Source: Candidatus Pampinifervens sinense (GTDB lineage Bacteria; Aquificota; Aquificia; Aquificales; Aquificaceae). Taken from it: a stretch of 64,000 bases of DNA. Position 1 is the stretch's first letter, and each line of letters opens with the position of its first letter. Shown here in pieces: positions 32,831 to 42,047 of the stretch. The notes under the pieces were generated by a model that was not told where the DNA came from, did not search any database, and saw only the letters and a program-made list of their open reading frames with translations. Made by a program: the position numbers and the translations under genes. The DNA is taken from the NCBI GenBank assembly GCA_037927135.1, contig JAXSPP010000005.1, forward strand, positions 1 to 64,000. Direction: 5' to 3'.

Positions 32831-33369
32831 CAAAGCCTGTCCTTGCCATCCTCTATGCCGATGAAAAACTTTTGATGGATTTCATATCACAGCTAAAGGT
32901 AGAATTTGTCTCAGAGAGTTTTTACTTTGAGGGCCTTCAAAGGTATTACGGAAAAGAAATGGGGGAAGGCCTATACAAGCGGTTCTTTAGCCTAAAAGGC
33001 CTGATGAGGAAGGAAGACCTAAAAAGCTTTAAGCTTTGGGCCACAAGAAGGGAAAAGGAGTTTTCCACAGAAGGCAGAAGAAGGCTAAACATAGACCCGG
33101 GCTATGTGGATGAGAGCCACCTTATACTTGCCTCTTCAAAAAAGAGGGGCGGAAGGATATACCTTGGAGAGGGTGTTTATGCGGAGATGGAATACCTTTA
33201 TGTTTACGGTGGCTTTAGGCCACTCTATTGGACCTACGGCGACTACAGGGACAAAAGGGTAAGGGAGTTCTTTGAAAAAGTAAGGGAGAGTTTTTTGGAG
33301 GAGTTAAACCTTGCTAGGAAGGGACACAAGCCTTGGCTCCTTGACTTCTCCAAGGATGAGCTCTATTAG
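32821..33369 (+). CDS. DUF4416 family protein
   Basis: YYGKEMG, RRLNIDPGY, RIYLGEGVYAE, WTYGDY motifs. Confidence 0.8.
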   Translation: MELAKPVLAILYADEKLLMDFISQLKVEFVSESFYFEGLQRYYGKEMGEGLYKRFFSLKGLMRKEDLKSFKLWATRREKEFSTEGRRRLNIDPGYVDESHLILASSKKRGGRIYLGEGVYAEMEYLYVYGGFRPLYWTYGDYRDKRVREFFEKVRESFLEELNLARKGHKPWLLDFSKDELY

Positions 33370-34071
33370 GCTTTGAAGGCTTGGAGAGATGTCTGTAAAG
33401 TATAACTCAAGCCTTGAAAAGCCTTCCCTTTTTACAAAGGGCTCTATCTCAAGGGCTGTGGCCTGTGCCGAGTCTATAACTTTTACCTGTGGACCCATAA
33501 ACCTTTCTATAAGGGGCTTTAAAAGGGGGTAGTGGGTACAGCCCAGAATGAGGGTATCTATGCCCTTTTCCTTTAGGTCCTTAAGATAGTATTCTACAAC
33601 CGCTTCGGCTATGCTACCTTCCAAAAGACCCTCTTCTACAAGGGGGACAAATAAGGGACAGGCCCTTTGGTAGACTTCTACTCCCTTGGCCTCCAGCATA
33701 TTCTTATAGACACAGCTTGAGATGGTGGCCTTTGTGCCTATCACACCCACCTTTCCTTTTGTGTTTTCAAGGGCCCTCTTTACTCCAGGCTCTATAACGC
33801 CAAAGACTGGAATGGGTAGGCTTTCCTTTAGCACTTCCAATGCATAAGAACTTGCAGTGTTGCAAGCCACCACAAGAAGGTCTATGCCTTCGTTTAATAA
33901 AAACTCTGCGCATTCAAGGCTATACCTTATGACCGTCTTTGCAGACTTGTTGCCATAGGGCACCCTTGCCGTGTCTCCAAGGTATACAAAATCCACCTCT
34001 GGGTAGGTCCTCCTTAGGGCTTTTAGGACGGTGAGACCACCTACACCAGAGTCAAAGATGCCTATTTTCAT
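33304..34071 (-). CDS. murI: glutamate racemase
   Basis: FDSGVGGLTV, VACNTAS, LGCTHYP. Confidence 0.96.
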   Translation of the reverse strand: MKIGIFDSGVGGLTVLKALRRTYPEVDFVYLGDTARVPYGNKSAKTVIRYSLECAEFLLNEGIDLLVVACNTASSYALEVLKESLPIPVFGVIEPGVKRALENTKGKVGVIGTKATISSCVYKNMLEAKGVEVYQRACPLFVPLVEEGLLEGSIAEAVVEYYLKDLKEKGIDTLILGCTHYPLLKPLIERFMGPQVKVIDSAQATALEIEPFVKREGFSRLELYFTDISPSLQSLIELILGEVKEPRLVSLPSKV

Positions 34072-34129
34072 CCTCTTTTCACAATTCCCTTGTATTATAA
34101 TACATAAAACAAACTTAGGAGGTGTAAGG

Positions 34130-34432
34130 ATGAAAAAGGTAGCCTTAGCCCTTGCAATGGTAGTAGGCTTTGCAGGGCTGTCCTTGGCCAGCGAACAGCT
34201 AGCCAGGCAAAAGGGCTGTTTTGCCTGTCACGACCTTAAGGCAAAGAAGGTAGGGCCATCCTTTGCAGATATTGCCAAGAAGTATGCAGGAAAGAAGGAT
34301 GCGGTGGACTACCTTGCTGGAAAGATCAAGAAGGGTGGTTCTGGTGTTTGGGGTTCTGTACCCATGCCACCTCAAAATGTGTCTGATGCAGAGGCCAAGC
34401 AGTTGGCCCAGTGGGTAATGTCTGTAAAGTAA
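34130..34432 (+). CDS. class I cytochrome c552 (c551/c552 family)
   Basis: Signal peptide, CFACH heme motif, GSGVWGSVPMPPQ; resembles Hydrogenobacter c552; SD AGGAGGT. Confidence 0.93.
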   Translation: MKKVALALAMVVGFAGLSLASEQLARQKGCFACHDLKAKKVGPSFADIAKKYAGKKDAVDYLAGKIKKGGSGVWGSVPMPPQNVSDAEAKQLAQWVMSVK

Positions 34433-34439
34433 AACTTTC

Positions 34440-34458
34440 GGGGGGCTTTTAGGCCCCC
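34440..34458. terminator. hairpin between converging cytochrome c and hypothetical genes
   Basis: GGGGGC-N-GCCCCC stem. Confidence 0.5.
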
Positions 34459-34793
34459 TCCTCCAAAGGATTACATCTGTTTATATTTCCAAAGCATTGA
34501 GGGCATAGGTCAAAAAAGACCAAGAGTCCAAGACCACCTAGCATCATATTGACCTGTGTTATAACTAAGTTTTCTTGCCTTTCTGGAAGCACCTGATATT
34601 TTTCAAGCCTTTTACCGCAGGCCGTTAGGCCCTCTTCTTGACCAAGCTTATGAAACTGAAACACAAGCCTTTTTGTCCTTCTGCACTTCATCCACCTAGG
34701 CGTGAGGTCAAGCATCACAAAGTTTATCTGAATGTTTGGGTCTATAAGCTGGGCCCTTTGCATAAGCTTTTCAAACCTTTCCTTCTCCGTCAT
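34449..34793 (-). CDS. hypothetical Cys/His-containing protein
   Basis: 114-aa ORF overlapping the ispG 3' end; H..TACG...LCPQC pattern. Confidence 0.6.
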   Translation of the reverse strand: MTEKERFEKLMQRAQLIDPNIQINFVMLDLTPRWMKCRRTKRLVFQFHKLGQEEGLTACGKRLEKYQVLPERQENLVITQVNMMLGGLGLLVFFDLCPQCFGNINRCNPLEEGA

Positions 34794-35841
34794 ACTTTAG
34801 CACCTCCTCCATCAGAGCTTGTGCCATCTCTTCTTCGCTCACCTTTCTAATTGGCTTTCCATCTTTAAAAAGCCAAGCAAAGCCCCTTCCGCAGGCAAGG
34901 CCTAGGTCTGCCTCTCTGGCCTCCCCTATGGCATTTACCACACAGCCCATTATGGCAACCTTTAAAGGCTTGTTTATATGCTTTAGCTTTTCTTCCACCT
35001 CTTTTACCACCTTGGGAAGGTCCACCTCTATACGCCCGCAGGTAGGACAGGAGATTATCTCAAGGCCCCTTCTTCTTAGTCCAAGGGCTTGAAGTATGGC
35101 GTAAGCCACCTCTACTTCTACCTCTGGGTCGTCGGTCAAAGAGACCCTTATAGTGTCCCCTATACCCTTATATAGGAGTATGCCTATGCCAACGGCGGAT
35201 TTTACTATGCCTTTGATGCCCATGCCCGCTTCCGTTATGCCTATGTGAAGAGGCACGTCTGTGTGCTTTGCAAAAAGTTCATTGGCCTTTATGTTTTCTA
35301 ACACATCGGAAGCCTTTATGGACACTTTAAAGTTGTAAAAACCCCACTTTTCAAACCTCTCAGACCATCTTATGGCGCTTTCAAAAAGGGCCTCTCCGCA
35401 TGGGTAGCCATACTTTTCAAGAAGGTCCTTCTCCAAGGAACCAGAGTTCACACCTATCCTTATGGCCACACCCTTTATCTTTGCCTCCTCCACAATTTCC
35501 CTTACTATCTCCTCCTTCCCTATGTTTCCTGGGTTTATCCTTATGCCATGCACTCCCTTCTCCATGGACCTAAAGGCATAAGATGGTGCAAAGTGTATGT
35601 CTGCAATGACGGGCATGGGAGAGTTTTTCACTATATCTGGCAAGGCCTCTAGGTCTTCCTCATGGGGCACGGCCACCCTTATGATTTCACAGCCAGCCTT
35701 GTGTAGCCTTTTTATCTGTTCAAGGGTAGCCTCTATATCATGGGTTTTGGTAGAAGTCATAGACTGCACCACAATGGGTGCATCTCCTCCTATCTTTACC
35801 CAACCTACCTTTATCTGGCGCGTTTTCCTCCTTTCTATCAT
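34771..35841 (-). CDS. ispG: (E)-4-hydroxy-3-methylbut-2-enyl-diphosphate synthase
   Basis: VQSMT, IADIHF, RINPGN, SCPTCGR, MGCVVN. Confidence 0.96.
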   Translation of the reverse strand: MIERRKTRQIKVGWVKIGGDAPIVVQSMTSTKTHDIEATLEQIKRLHKAGCEIIRVAVPHEEDLEALPDIVKNSPMPVIADIHFAPSYAFRSMEKGVHGIRINPGNIGKEEIVREIVEEAKIKGVAIRIGVNSGSLEKDLLEKYGYPCGEALFESAIRWSERFEKWGFYNFKVSIKASDVLENIKANELFAKHTDVPLHIGITEAGMGIKGIVKSAVGIGILLYKGIGDTIRVSLTDDPEVEVEVAYAILQALGLRRRGLEIISCPTCGRIEVDLPKVVKEVEEKLKHINKPLKVAIMGCVVNAIGEAREADLGLACGRGFAWLFKDGKPIRKVSEEEMAQALMEEVLKYDGEGKV

Positions 35842-36806
35842 GACAGCTCCAGCATCCTAAGTATGGGCCTTCTTGCCTTCTCCATTATATCCTCTGGCAA
35901 AACCACCTCGTTTATCTCCTCCTTTAAGGTTTGGTATACCTTTGGCAGTGTTATGGCCTTCATGGTGCAACAATAGACCGTTCCGCAGTAGTTCATGGAC
36001 TCTGGGAAGATGTACTCCTTGTTGGGGTTTTTCTTCATAAGTGTGTATTTTAGGCCCACCTCTGTTATCACTATCACCCTCTTTGCCTCACAGGTGGTAG
36101 CGTAATTTATTATCTGGGAGGTAGAACCTACAAAGTCGGCAAGCTCTATCACCTTGGGGTGGCACTCGGGATGAACGGCCACCTTAGCATCGGGGTATTG
36201 TTCTTTTAGCTTTAGCACCTCCCTTGCGGTAAACTCAAAGTGAGGGGGGCAAAAGCCCTGCCAGATTACAAACTCCTTGTCTGGCACATGTTTCTTTACC
36301 CAGTTGCCAAGGGCTTGGTCTGGTATAAAGATGATCTTTTTGCTCTCCAGCTTTTGGACTATCTTTACAGCGTTGGCGGAGGTCACGCAAATATCTGAGA
36401 CAGCCTTGACCTCTGCATTGGTGTTTATGTAGGCCACCACCTCCCCATCGGGATGCTTTTCCTTTAGCCTTAAAACATCCTCAGCCCTTATCATATCGGC
36501 CATAGGACAGCCAGACTCAGGATTAGGATGTAGCACCTTTTTGGTGGGGTTTACTATTTTGGCCGTCTCACACATAAACCGCACACCGCAGAAGACTATG
36601 ATATCCGCATCGGTCTGAGAGGCCCTTCTGGAAAGTTCTAAGGAATCTCCAATAAAGTCCGCTATATCTTGAACCTCTGGCCTTTGATAATAATGGGCCA
36701 GTATGACGGCATTTTTCTCTTTTGCAAGCCTCCTTATCTCCTCTTGAAGAGCCTTTATATCCTCACCGCTTAGTTCTTGGTCCTTTACAAGCTCCACCTG
36801 TAGCAT
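35838..36806 (-). CDS. nadA: quinolinate synthase
   Basis: LAHYYQ, GDSLEL, FCGVRFM, GCPMAD, HPEC, GSTS. Confidence 0.95.
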   Translation of the reverse strand: MLQVELVKDQELSGEDIKALQEEIRRLAKEKNAVILAHYYQRPEVQDIADFIGDSLELSRRASQTDADIIVFCGVRFMCETAKIVNPTKKVLHPNPESGCPMADMIRAEDVLRLKEKHPDGEVVAYINTNAEVKAVSDICVTSANAVKIVQKLESKKIIFIPDQALGNWVKKHVPDKEFVIWQGFCPPHFEFTAREVLKLKEQYPDAKVAVHPECHPKVIELADFVGSTSQIINYATTCEAKRVIVITEVGLKYTLMKKNPNKEYIFPESMNYCGTVYCCTMKAITLPKVYQTLKEEINEVVLPEDIMEKARRPILRMLELS

Positions 36807-36960
36807 AATAAAAGAATATAAGACCTTCTAGCGTATCTTTTATGAGCTTTTTTATAAAATCGCCAAGTATGCCTTCATAGCTTGCCTTCCCTTAGGGACA
36901 GAACCAGCAAACCATATCTATTACAATGCTAACATCTTACTTTGGCGTATAATTAAGGTT

Positions 36961-37260
36961 ATGAAGCTTTTAGCCCTTTTCATGCTTTTAATTGCCTTCT
37001 CCTTCTCTCGCGAGGTGCCTTTTACCCAAGAGGATAGGGATAGAATTACAAGGCTTGAAGTAAAGGTGGAAGAGGGCTTCAAGGCGGTCAATCAGAGGAT
37101 GGATGATATTAATAGAAGGATTGACGATACCAATAAGAGAATTGAAGAACTACAAACTCTAATGCTTTGGGGCTTTGGAATACTCTTTAGCGGTATGGGA
37201 ATTCTAATAGGCTTGGTAATGTGGGATAGAAGGACGGCCATATCTCCGGTGGTAAGATAA
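36961..37260 (+). CDS. hypothetical protein: signal peptide, coiled coil, C-terminal TM (possibly truncated)
   Basis: Heptad repeats (RMDDINRRIDDTNKRIEE), TM followed by WDRRT; TAATG overlap with next gene. Confidence 0.7.
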   Translation: MKLLALFMLLIAFSFSREVPFTQEDRDRITRLEVKVEEGFKAVNQRMDDINRRIDDTNKRIEELQTLMLWGFGILFSGMGILIGLVMWDRRTAISPVVR

Positions 37261-37580
37261 TGAACCATAACTTCCTTTTAGCACGCCTATACCTCAGGGA
37301 AGATGATAAGTTAGAGGGAAAGCTCGCCTACAGGAGGGTCTTGGAGCTTCTAAAGGAGTGGGGCATAAGTGGTGCTACAGTGCTAAAGTCCATCATGGGC
37401 TATGGGACCACAAAGAGCTTTCATTATGAGGGCTTGGAAGTTTTGTCCTACGGCCTGCCCGTGGTGATAGAGTTTATAGATGAAGAATCAAAGGTGATGA
37501 TGGCTGTGGAGAGGCTTCTGTCAAAGTTTGGAGGTCTTTTTATCACCCTTGAGGAGGTGCAAGTTTGTCCCTACTCTTAG
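37260..37580 (+). CDS. DUF190 (PII-like) protein
   Basis: GISGATVLKSIMGYG, LPVVIEFID. Confidence 0.85.
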   Translation: MNHNFLLARLYLREDDKLEGKLAYRRVLELLKEWGISGATVLKSIMGYGTTKSFHYEGLEVLSYGLPVVIEFIDEESKVMMAVERLLSKFGGLFITLEEVQVCPYS

Positions 37581-37939
37581 CCATAGCCTTGGGTGGAGCC
37601 ATCGGTTCTGTGCTTAGGTTTTTGGTCTCCAAGCTTGTGCAAACAAAGGCAGGCTTGGAGTTTCCAGTGGGTACCCTTTTTGTAAACCTGACTTCTGCAT
37701 TCATCATAGGCTTTGCCTTTTCTTTTCTTGTGGAAAGGCTTGATATCTCTCCCACCTTTAGAGCCTTTTTTATAACTGGCCTTCTTGGCGGATATTCTAC
37801 CTATTCTACCCTCTTTTATGAAGCCTACTACCTTATGATAAACGGTGAGTGGTTAAAGCTGGTCCTTTATCTCTTTCTTAGCAATCTTTTAGGTTTAGTT
37901 TTTGTTGCTGTAGGCTATGGCCTTGGTAAACTTTTATAA
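37565..37939 (+). CDS. crcB: fluoride channel Fluc/CrcB
   Basis: GGAIGSVLRF, FPVGTLFVN, GLLGGYSTYST. Confidence 0.93.
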   Translation: MSLLLAIALGGAIGSVLRFLVSKLVQTKAGLEFPVGTLFVNLTSAFIIGFAFSFLVERLDISPTFRAFFITGLLGGYSTYSTLFYEAYYLMINGEWLKLVLYLFLSNLLGLVFVAVGYGLGKLL

Positions 37940-37942
37940 GCT

Positions 37943-38263
37943 ATGAAGTGTGAAGAGGCGGTGCTTGTAAGGGTCTTTTTTGGAGAGAATGACAAGTACG
38001 AGGGCAAGCCACTATATAGGTATATGGTGGAGTTTTGTAAAAAGAGGGGCATTGCGGGTGCTACCGTTTTTAGGGGCATCCTTGGCTATGGCAAGTCTTC
38101 TGTCATACACAAAGCTGGCCTTCTGGCTCTCTCTTCCGACCTTCCCATGGTGGTAGAAATAGTAGACTGCGAGGAAAAGATACAAGAGATACTTCCAGAG
38201 CTTTCAAAGATGGTAAAGGATGGCATAATAACCCTTGAAAAGGTAAAAGTGGTCAAGGCATAA
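37943..38263 (+). CDS. DUF190 (PII-like) protein
   Basis: GIAGATVFRGILGYG, LSSDLPMVVEIVD. Confidence 0.88.
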   Translation: MKCEEAVLVRVFFGENDKYEGKPLYRYMVEFCKKRGIAGATVFRGILGYGKSSVIHKAGLLALSSDLPMVVEIVDCEEKIQEILPELSKMVKDGIITLEKVKVVKA

Positions 38264-39005
38264 AGACCTCTTTTAAGCTCTCAAGATATTTGTAGTTTGT
38301 GAGGTCAAGCTGGAGGGGTGTGATGGAGACATAGCCGTGGTATACAGCCCAGTAGTCGGTGCCTTCCTCAAGGTGCCATCCAAACTCTTCAGCCGTTATC
38401 CAATAGAGAGGCCTTCCAGAGGGGTCCAAAAGCCTCAAAACCTTTTCCTTGTAAGCCCTTCTTCCTTGGCGTGTCACCATAAAGCCCTTTATCTCTTCCC
38501 TTGGAAGGTTTGGAATGTTCACATTGAGATAAACGTCCTCTGGCATGCCCTTTTCAAGCACCTTGACAACCACCTCTTTTGCAATCTTTGCCACTTCAGA
38601 AAAGTTTATATCCTCCCTTCCAAAGGCGGAAAAGGCAATGGAAGGAATGCCCAATATCCTCCCTTCCATAGCTCCAGAGACGGTGCCAGAGTAGGTAATG
38701 TCTTCTCCAAGGTTTGGTCCTTCGTTGATGCCAGAGCACACAAGGTCTGGCTTTTTACCATCAAGGAAAAGGTAATATCCCAAATGCACACAGTCTGCTG
38801 GCGTGCCACCTATGACCGTCCAAAAGTCCTCATCCACCCTTCTTATCCTAAGGGGCTGTGTAAAGGTTAAGGAGTGGCCTACACCGCTAAGGTTTCTGTC
38901 TGGGGCTACAGTTATAACCCTTCCAAGCTTCCTCAGCTCTTCCCTTAAGGCCCTTATACCTTCGGAAAAGTAGCCATCATCGTTGGTAAGCAAGAAGGTA
39001 GGCAT
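38253..39005 (-). CDS. surE: 5'/3'-nucleotidase SurE
   Basis: LTNDDG, GTPADCV, SGINEGPN, YSGTV. Confidence 0.96.
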   Translation of the reverse strand: MPTFLLTNDDGYFSEGIRALREELRKLGRVITVAPDRNLSGVGHSLTFTQPLRIRRVDEDFWTVIGGTPADCVHLGYYLFLDGKKPDLVCSGINEGPNLGEDITYSGTVSGAMEGRILGIPSIAFSAFGREDINFSEVAKIAKEVVVKVLEKGMPEDVYLNVNIPNLPREEIKGFMVTRQGRRAYKEKVLRLLDPSGRPLYWITAEEFGWHLEEGTDYWAVYHGYVSITPLQLDLTNYKYLESLKEVFMP

Positions 39006-39023
39006 AGCCTATATTTTATCCTT

Positions 39024-39674
39024 ATGGAATGTCCTAAATGTAAAGGTACAGGCTTTATAGATAAGGGAGGTGTGGTAGAGCTTTGTTCTTGCAGGTATGA
39101 GAGCGTGAACCTTCAAAAGTATCTGAACATCCCACCAAGGTTTATAAACGCAGAGTTTGAAAACTACATGCCCATATCTCCCTCCCAAAAGACAGCCCTT
39201 GAAATATGCCTACATTATGTGCATAGCTTTGACCCAAAGGAAGGAAAAGGCCTAACCCTTGTGGGACCGCCTTCCATGGGAAAAACCCACCTTGCGGTAG
39301 CTACCTTAAAAAACATCTATAGGTTAAAAAGGGTCAGGGGCTTTTTCTTTGACACAAAGGACCTCTTTTACAGGCTTCAAAGCTACGCAGGATCGGACAA
39401 AATGAACAAGCTTATGAACTTTTTGATAAACGTGCCTCTTTTGGTCCTTGATGATCTTGGCAGTGAAAGGCTCTCCGACTGGAGGGTAGAGGTACTCTCT
39501 TACATAATCAGCACAAGGTATAACTACCTTAAAAGCACCATAATAACCACCAACTACCCCTTGTTAAAGGCAGAGGAGGAAGGTCAATCTCTTGAAGAGA
39601 GGCTTTCACCGGCAATAGTTAGCAAGATATACCAAATGAACGACCTAATAAACATAAGCTCACTGGCTAGATAA
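39024..39674 (+). CDS. dnaC: DnaC/IstB-type AAA+ helicase loader
   Basis: N-terminal CxxC..CxC, GPPSMGKTHLA, LVLDDLGSE, TIITTN; no adjacent transposase. Confidence 0.75.
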   Translation: MECPKCKGTGFIDKGGVVELCSCRYESVNLQKYLNIPPRFINAEFENYMPISPSQKTALEICLHYVHSFDPKEGKGLTLVGPPSMGKTHLAVATLKNIYRLKRVRGFFFDTKDLFYRLQSYAGSDKMNKLMNFLINVPLLVLDDLGSERLSDWRVEVLSYIISTRYNYLKSTIITTNYPLLKAEEEGQSLEERLSPAIVSKIYQMNDLINISSLAR

Positions 39675-40320
39675 AGAGGGCTAACAAAAGGGAAGGCATC
39701 AAATTTAGTAGCTTAATGCTTTCCAAAAGGCCAAATATTTTAAGTGATGTAAGAACCATAAGGCCACCACCGATAAAAAGGGTGTTGGAAAGGGCTTGAT
39801 CCTTTAAAAAATCACCGTAAAAGTAGGCCAAAAGGGTGATAGAACCTTGAAATAAAAGCACATAGATAGCGGAAAAGATAACGCCCCTTCCAAGGGAAGA
39901 AGAAAGTATTATGGAAGAAAAGCCATCCATAAAGGCCTTTGAGAGGATAAGAGTGCTATCACCCTTTGTCCCTTCAAGGATACAGCCCACAAGGGTCATG
40001 GGACCAACCGTAAAAAGCAAGGATGCGGATATAAAGCCCCTTGTAAAGCCAGAGGAGCCTTTTGATATGCTTTCAATTCTTTCTTCCAGCCTCAAAAGGG
40101 TACCAAGAGAGGACCCAACCACCAAGAGGAAGAAAACCTTAAGCATCTCTGGTTTGTTCTCTGAGATAAGCCTAATGCCAAGGAGTAAAGTAAAGAGTCC
40201 TATGCCCCACATGATGGAAGTTCTGAGGCTTTGAGGCAAAAGATGAGAAAACCTAAGGCCTATAAGGCTTCCAGCCACAACCAAGCTTGCGTTCACTAAG
40301 GTTCCAAAGGTGGGAAACAT
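39667..40320 (-). CDS. DUF554 family membrane protein
   Basis: GTLVN, GFISASLLFTVGPM, KAFMDG motifs. Confidence 0.85.
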   Translation of the reverse strand: MFPTFGTLVNASLVVAGSLIGLRFSHLLPQSLRTSIMWGIGLFTLLLGIRLISENKPEMLKVFFLLVVGSSLGTLLRLEERIESISKGSSGFTRGFISASLLFTVGPMTLVGCILEGTKGDSTLILSKAFMDGFSSIILSSSLGRGVIFSAIYVLLFQGSITLLAYFYGDFLKDQALSNTLFIGGGLMVLTSLKIFGLLESIKLLNLMPSLLLALFI

Positions 40321-41528
40321 CAGCCTTGGCTGTTCTGTTGAGACTGTGCTTGGGCCAATATATCTTGGAAGGTCTTATATAGGAACTCTGCCCTGTCTTT
40401 GGGCGTATAGCTTTGAAGCACTTTCTCCCTTGCCCTCTGTCCTATCTCCCTTGCCTCATGAAGGTTTTCCAAGTAATATACCACCTTCTCTTCTATGTCC
40501 GCTCTGTCAAGGGGCAAGTAGGTTATCACCTCTTCCTCTGGTGTGAAGAAGCTTCCAAGGGTGGCCCTAAGGTCCACCATGGGCGCACTACCCATAAAGG
40601 CCACCTCTAAAGGAACAAAGCCTACACCAGTGGGAACGGCATGAGGATAGCTAAGTATGGTTATATGGGACCTGCCTATCAATTCTAAGGCTTCACTCCA
40701 GCCGTTCGTGCTTATATGCTCATGGCCCTCTTTCAATTCACCCTCAAAGGCGCCCAATATCTTAAGGTTTATCCCTTCAAGGAAGCTAAGAATATACCAC
40801 CTTTTCCTTGCGGTGGCATAAAAGCTAATATCGTTCAAAAGCTTAAGGTAATCTTGGAAGTTTTCCTGCCTCCATCGGTTGAACTCCTCTTGAAAGCTTG
40901 GATTAAACATGGAAAGGATATACTCGCTTGCATAAAGTATGTGGGCCTCTGGGTTTCTAAAGAGGAACTCACCCACTTCAAAGAAATAGGGGATAAAGTC
41001 CTCTCTTAGATTCTGTAGGATCTGCTGTGCGATGATTTGGGGGTCAATGGCTGGACCTAAGAATATGGCCTCTATGTACTTTTCCTTTGGAAGGCTTGGC
41101 ATCTGCTTTGGGTCTATAAAGGGGGTCATATATAGCGTGCCTCTCTCATGGCCAAGAAACCTTAAACTGTCCGCATACTTTAGGTCCGATATTACCAAAA
41201 GGAAGTTGTTGGCATTCTTTAGGTCCAAAAGGACTGGAAAGTGGAAGAGGGGTTCGTCTGCAAAGAGGCTAACATGGACAAAACCAAAGGCATCAAAGAT
41301 GGGAACCCTTTGGCCTTCTCTTTCTCCAAAGATAACACAGCTACCGTTTACATCAAGGGTAAAGTAGGGTGAAAAGTCTAAAAGCTCCTGCACTCTATCT
41401 TGCAGATCGCCTTGGCTGATATCAAACTCCTTTACCTCAGCCCCTAGATCTTTAAGGTAATCCACGAGGCCAATTATATGCCTGTTTATTCCTAGATCTT
41501 CCCCTTGCCTTAGAAAGGCTATTCTCAT
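40320..41528 (-). CDS. CgeB-like glycosyltransferase (GT-B C-terminal domain)
   Basis: C-terminal FTPEEEVITY...YYLENL.EAREIG..AREKVL pattern. Confidence 0.65.
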   Translation of the reverse strand: MRIAFLRQGEDLGINRHIIGLVDYLKDLGAEVKEFDISQGDLQDRVQELLDFSPYFTLDVNGSCVIFGEREGQRVPIFDAFGFVHVSLFADEPLFHFPVLLDLKNANNFLLVISDLKYADSLRFLGHERGTLYMTPFIDPKQMPSLPKEKYIEAIFLGPAIDPQIIAQQILQNLREDFIPYFFEVGEFLFRNPEAHILYASEYILSMFNPSFQEEFNRWRQENFQDYLKLLNDISFYATARKRWYILSFLEGINLKILGAFEGELKEGHEHISTNGWSEALELIGRSHITILSYPHAVPTGVGFVPLEVAFMGSAPMVDLRATLGSFFTPEEEVITYLPLDRADIEEKVVYYLENLHEAREIGQRAREKVLQSYTPKDRAEFLYKTFQDILAQAQSQQNSQG

Positions 41529-41549
41529 GGTCTAAAAATCATAACATAT

Positions 41550-41945
41550 TCAGTCCCCTATGTGCATAGCCGTGGTAGAATCCCATCTTGATATATGTAA
41601 GAAAAGCCAGGGAACAAGCTTTTCCTTTAAAAATTTCATCACCTCTTCAAAGTCTTTTGAAGCCTTCCATCGGTTGTAGAGGTCTTTTATGTCCTTTCTC
41701 ATGCTATCGTGCTCTGCCTTGTGCATAGGATAGGCGAAAAACTCCGCTTCCCTCATCAGGTCTTCTTCCGTAGAAAAGTGCTCCTCTATATCCTGGAGAA
41801 GGAGGTCCATAAGCCTGTCTGTCTCTTTGAGATCTCTTTTCTGACATGCAAGGTATAGCTCGTTTATGATGTTTACCTCATCCTCATGGATGGCGTTAAA
41901 AAGGTCGTTGGCCACCTTTGGTAGGTCCTGAGGTCTTATGAGCAT
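41550..41945 (-). CDS. bacteriohemerythrin-like protein
   Basis: H..E, HFSTEE.LM, H..EH, WL..HI...D motifs; start ATG 41945 after SD AGGAGGT. Confidence 0.88.
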   Translation of the reverse strand: MLIRPQDLPKVANDLFNAIHEDEVNIINELYLACQKRDLKETDRLMDLLLQDIEEHFSTEEDLMREAEFFAYPMHKAEHDSMRKDIKDLYNRWKASKDFEEVMKFLKEKLVPWLFLHISRWDSTTAMHIGD

Positions 41946-41999
41946 GTTCCACCTCCTGCTTTTAATAAGTAAATATATGCTTATTTTCTTTTTTCTTAC

Positions 42000-42013
42000 A
42001 TGAGGTCTATCAT
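42000..42013. promoter_or_regulatory. FNR/DNR-like box upstream of hemerythrin (ATGAT-AGAC-CTCAT on - strand)
   Basis: Centre at -41.5 relative to - strand TATATT (41972-41977). Confidence 0.45.
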
Positions 42014-42047
42014 GACCAGCGATTTCTAAAAACCTCACATAAAAAAC

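Noticed and set aside
36842-36855. Third FNR-like box upstream of nadA (ATAAA-AAAG-CTCAT)
   Set aside because: Position is suggestive (about -40.5) but the match is too weak in AT-rich DNA to call
36810-37260. Fluoride (crcB) riboswitch upstream of the crcB operon
   Set aside because: No GGCGATG/GGAGATGG-type motif with matching pseudoknot seen on the + strand; needs an Infernal scan to exclude
39024-39674. IS21 IstB helper or prophage replication gene
   Set aside because: No IstA transposase, terminal repeats or phage genes nearby; context is housekeeping, consistent with chromosomal DnaC
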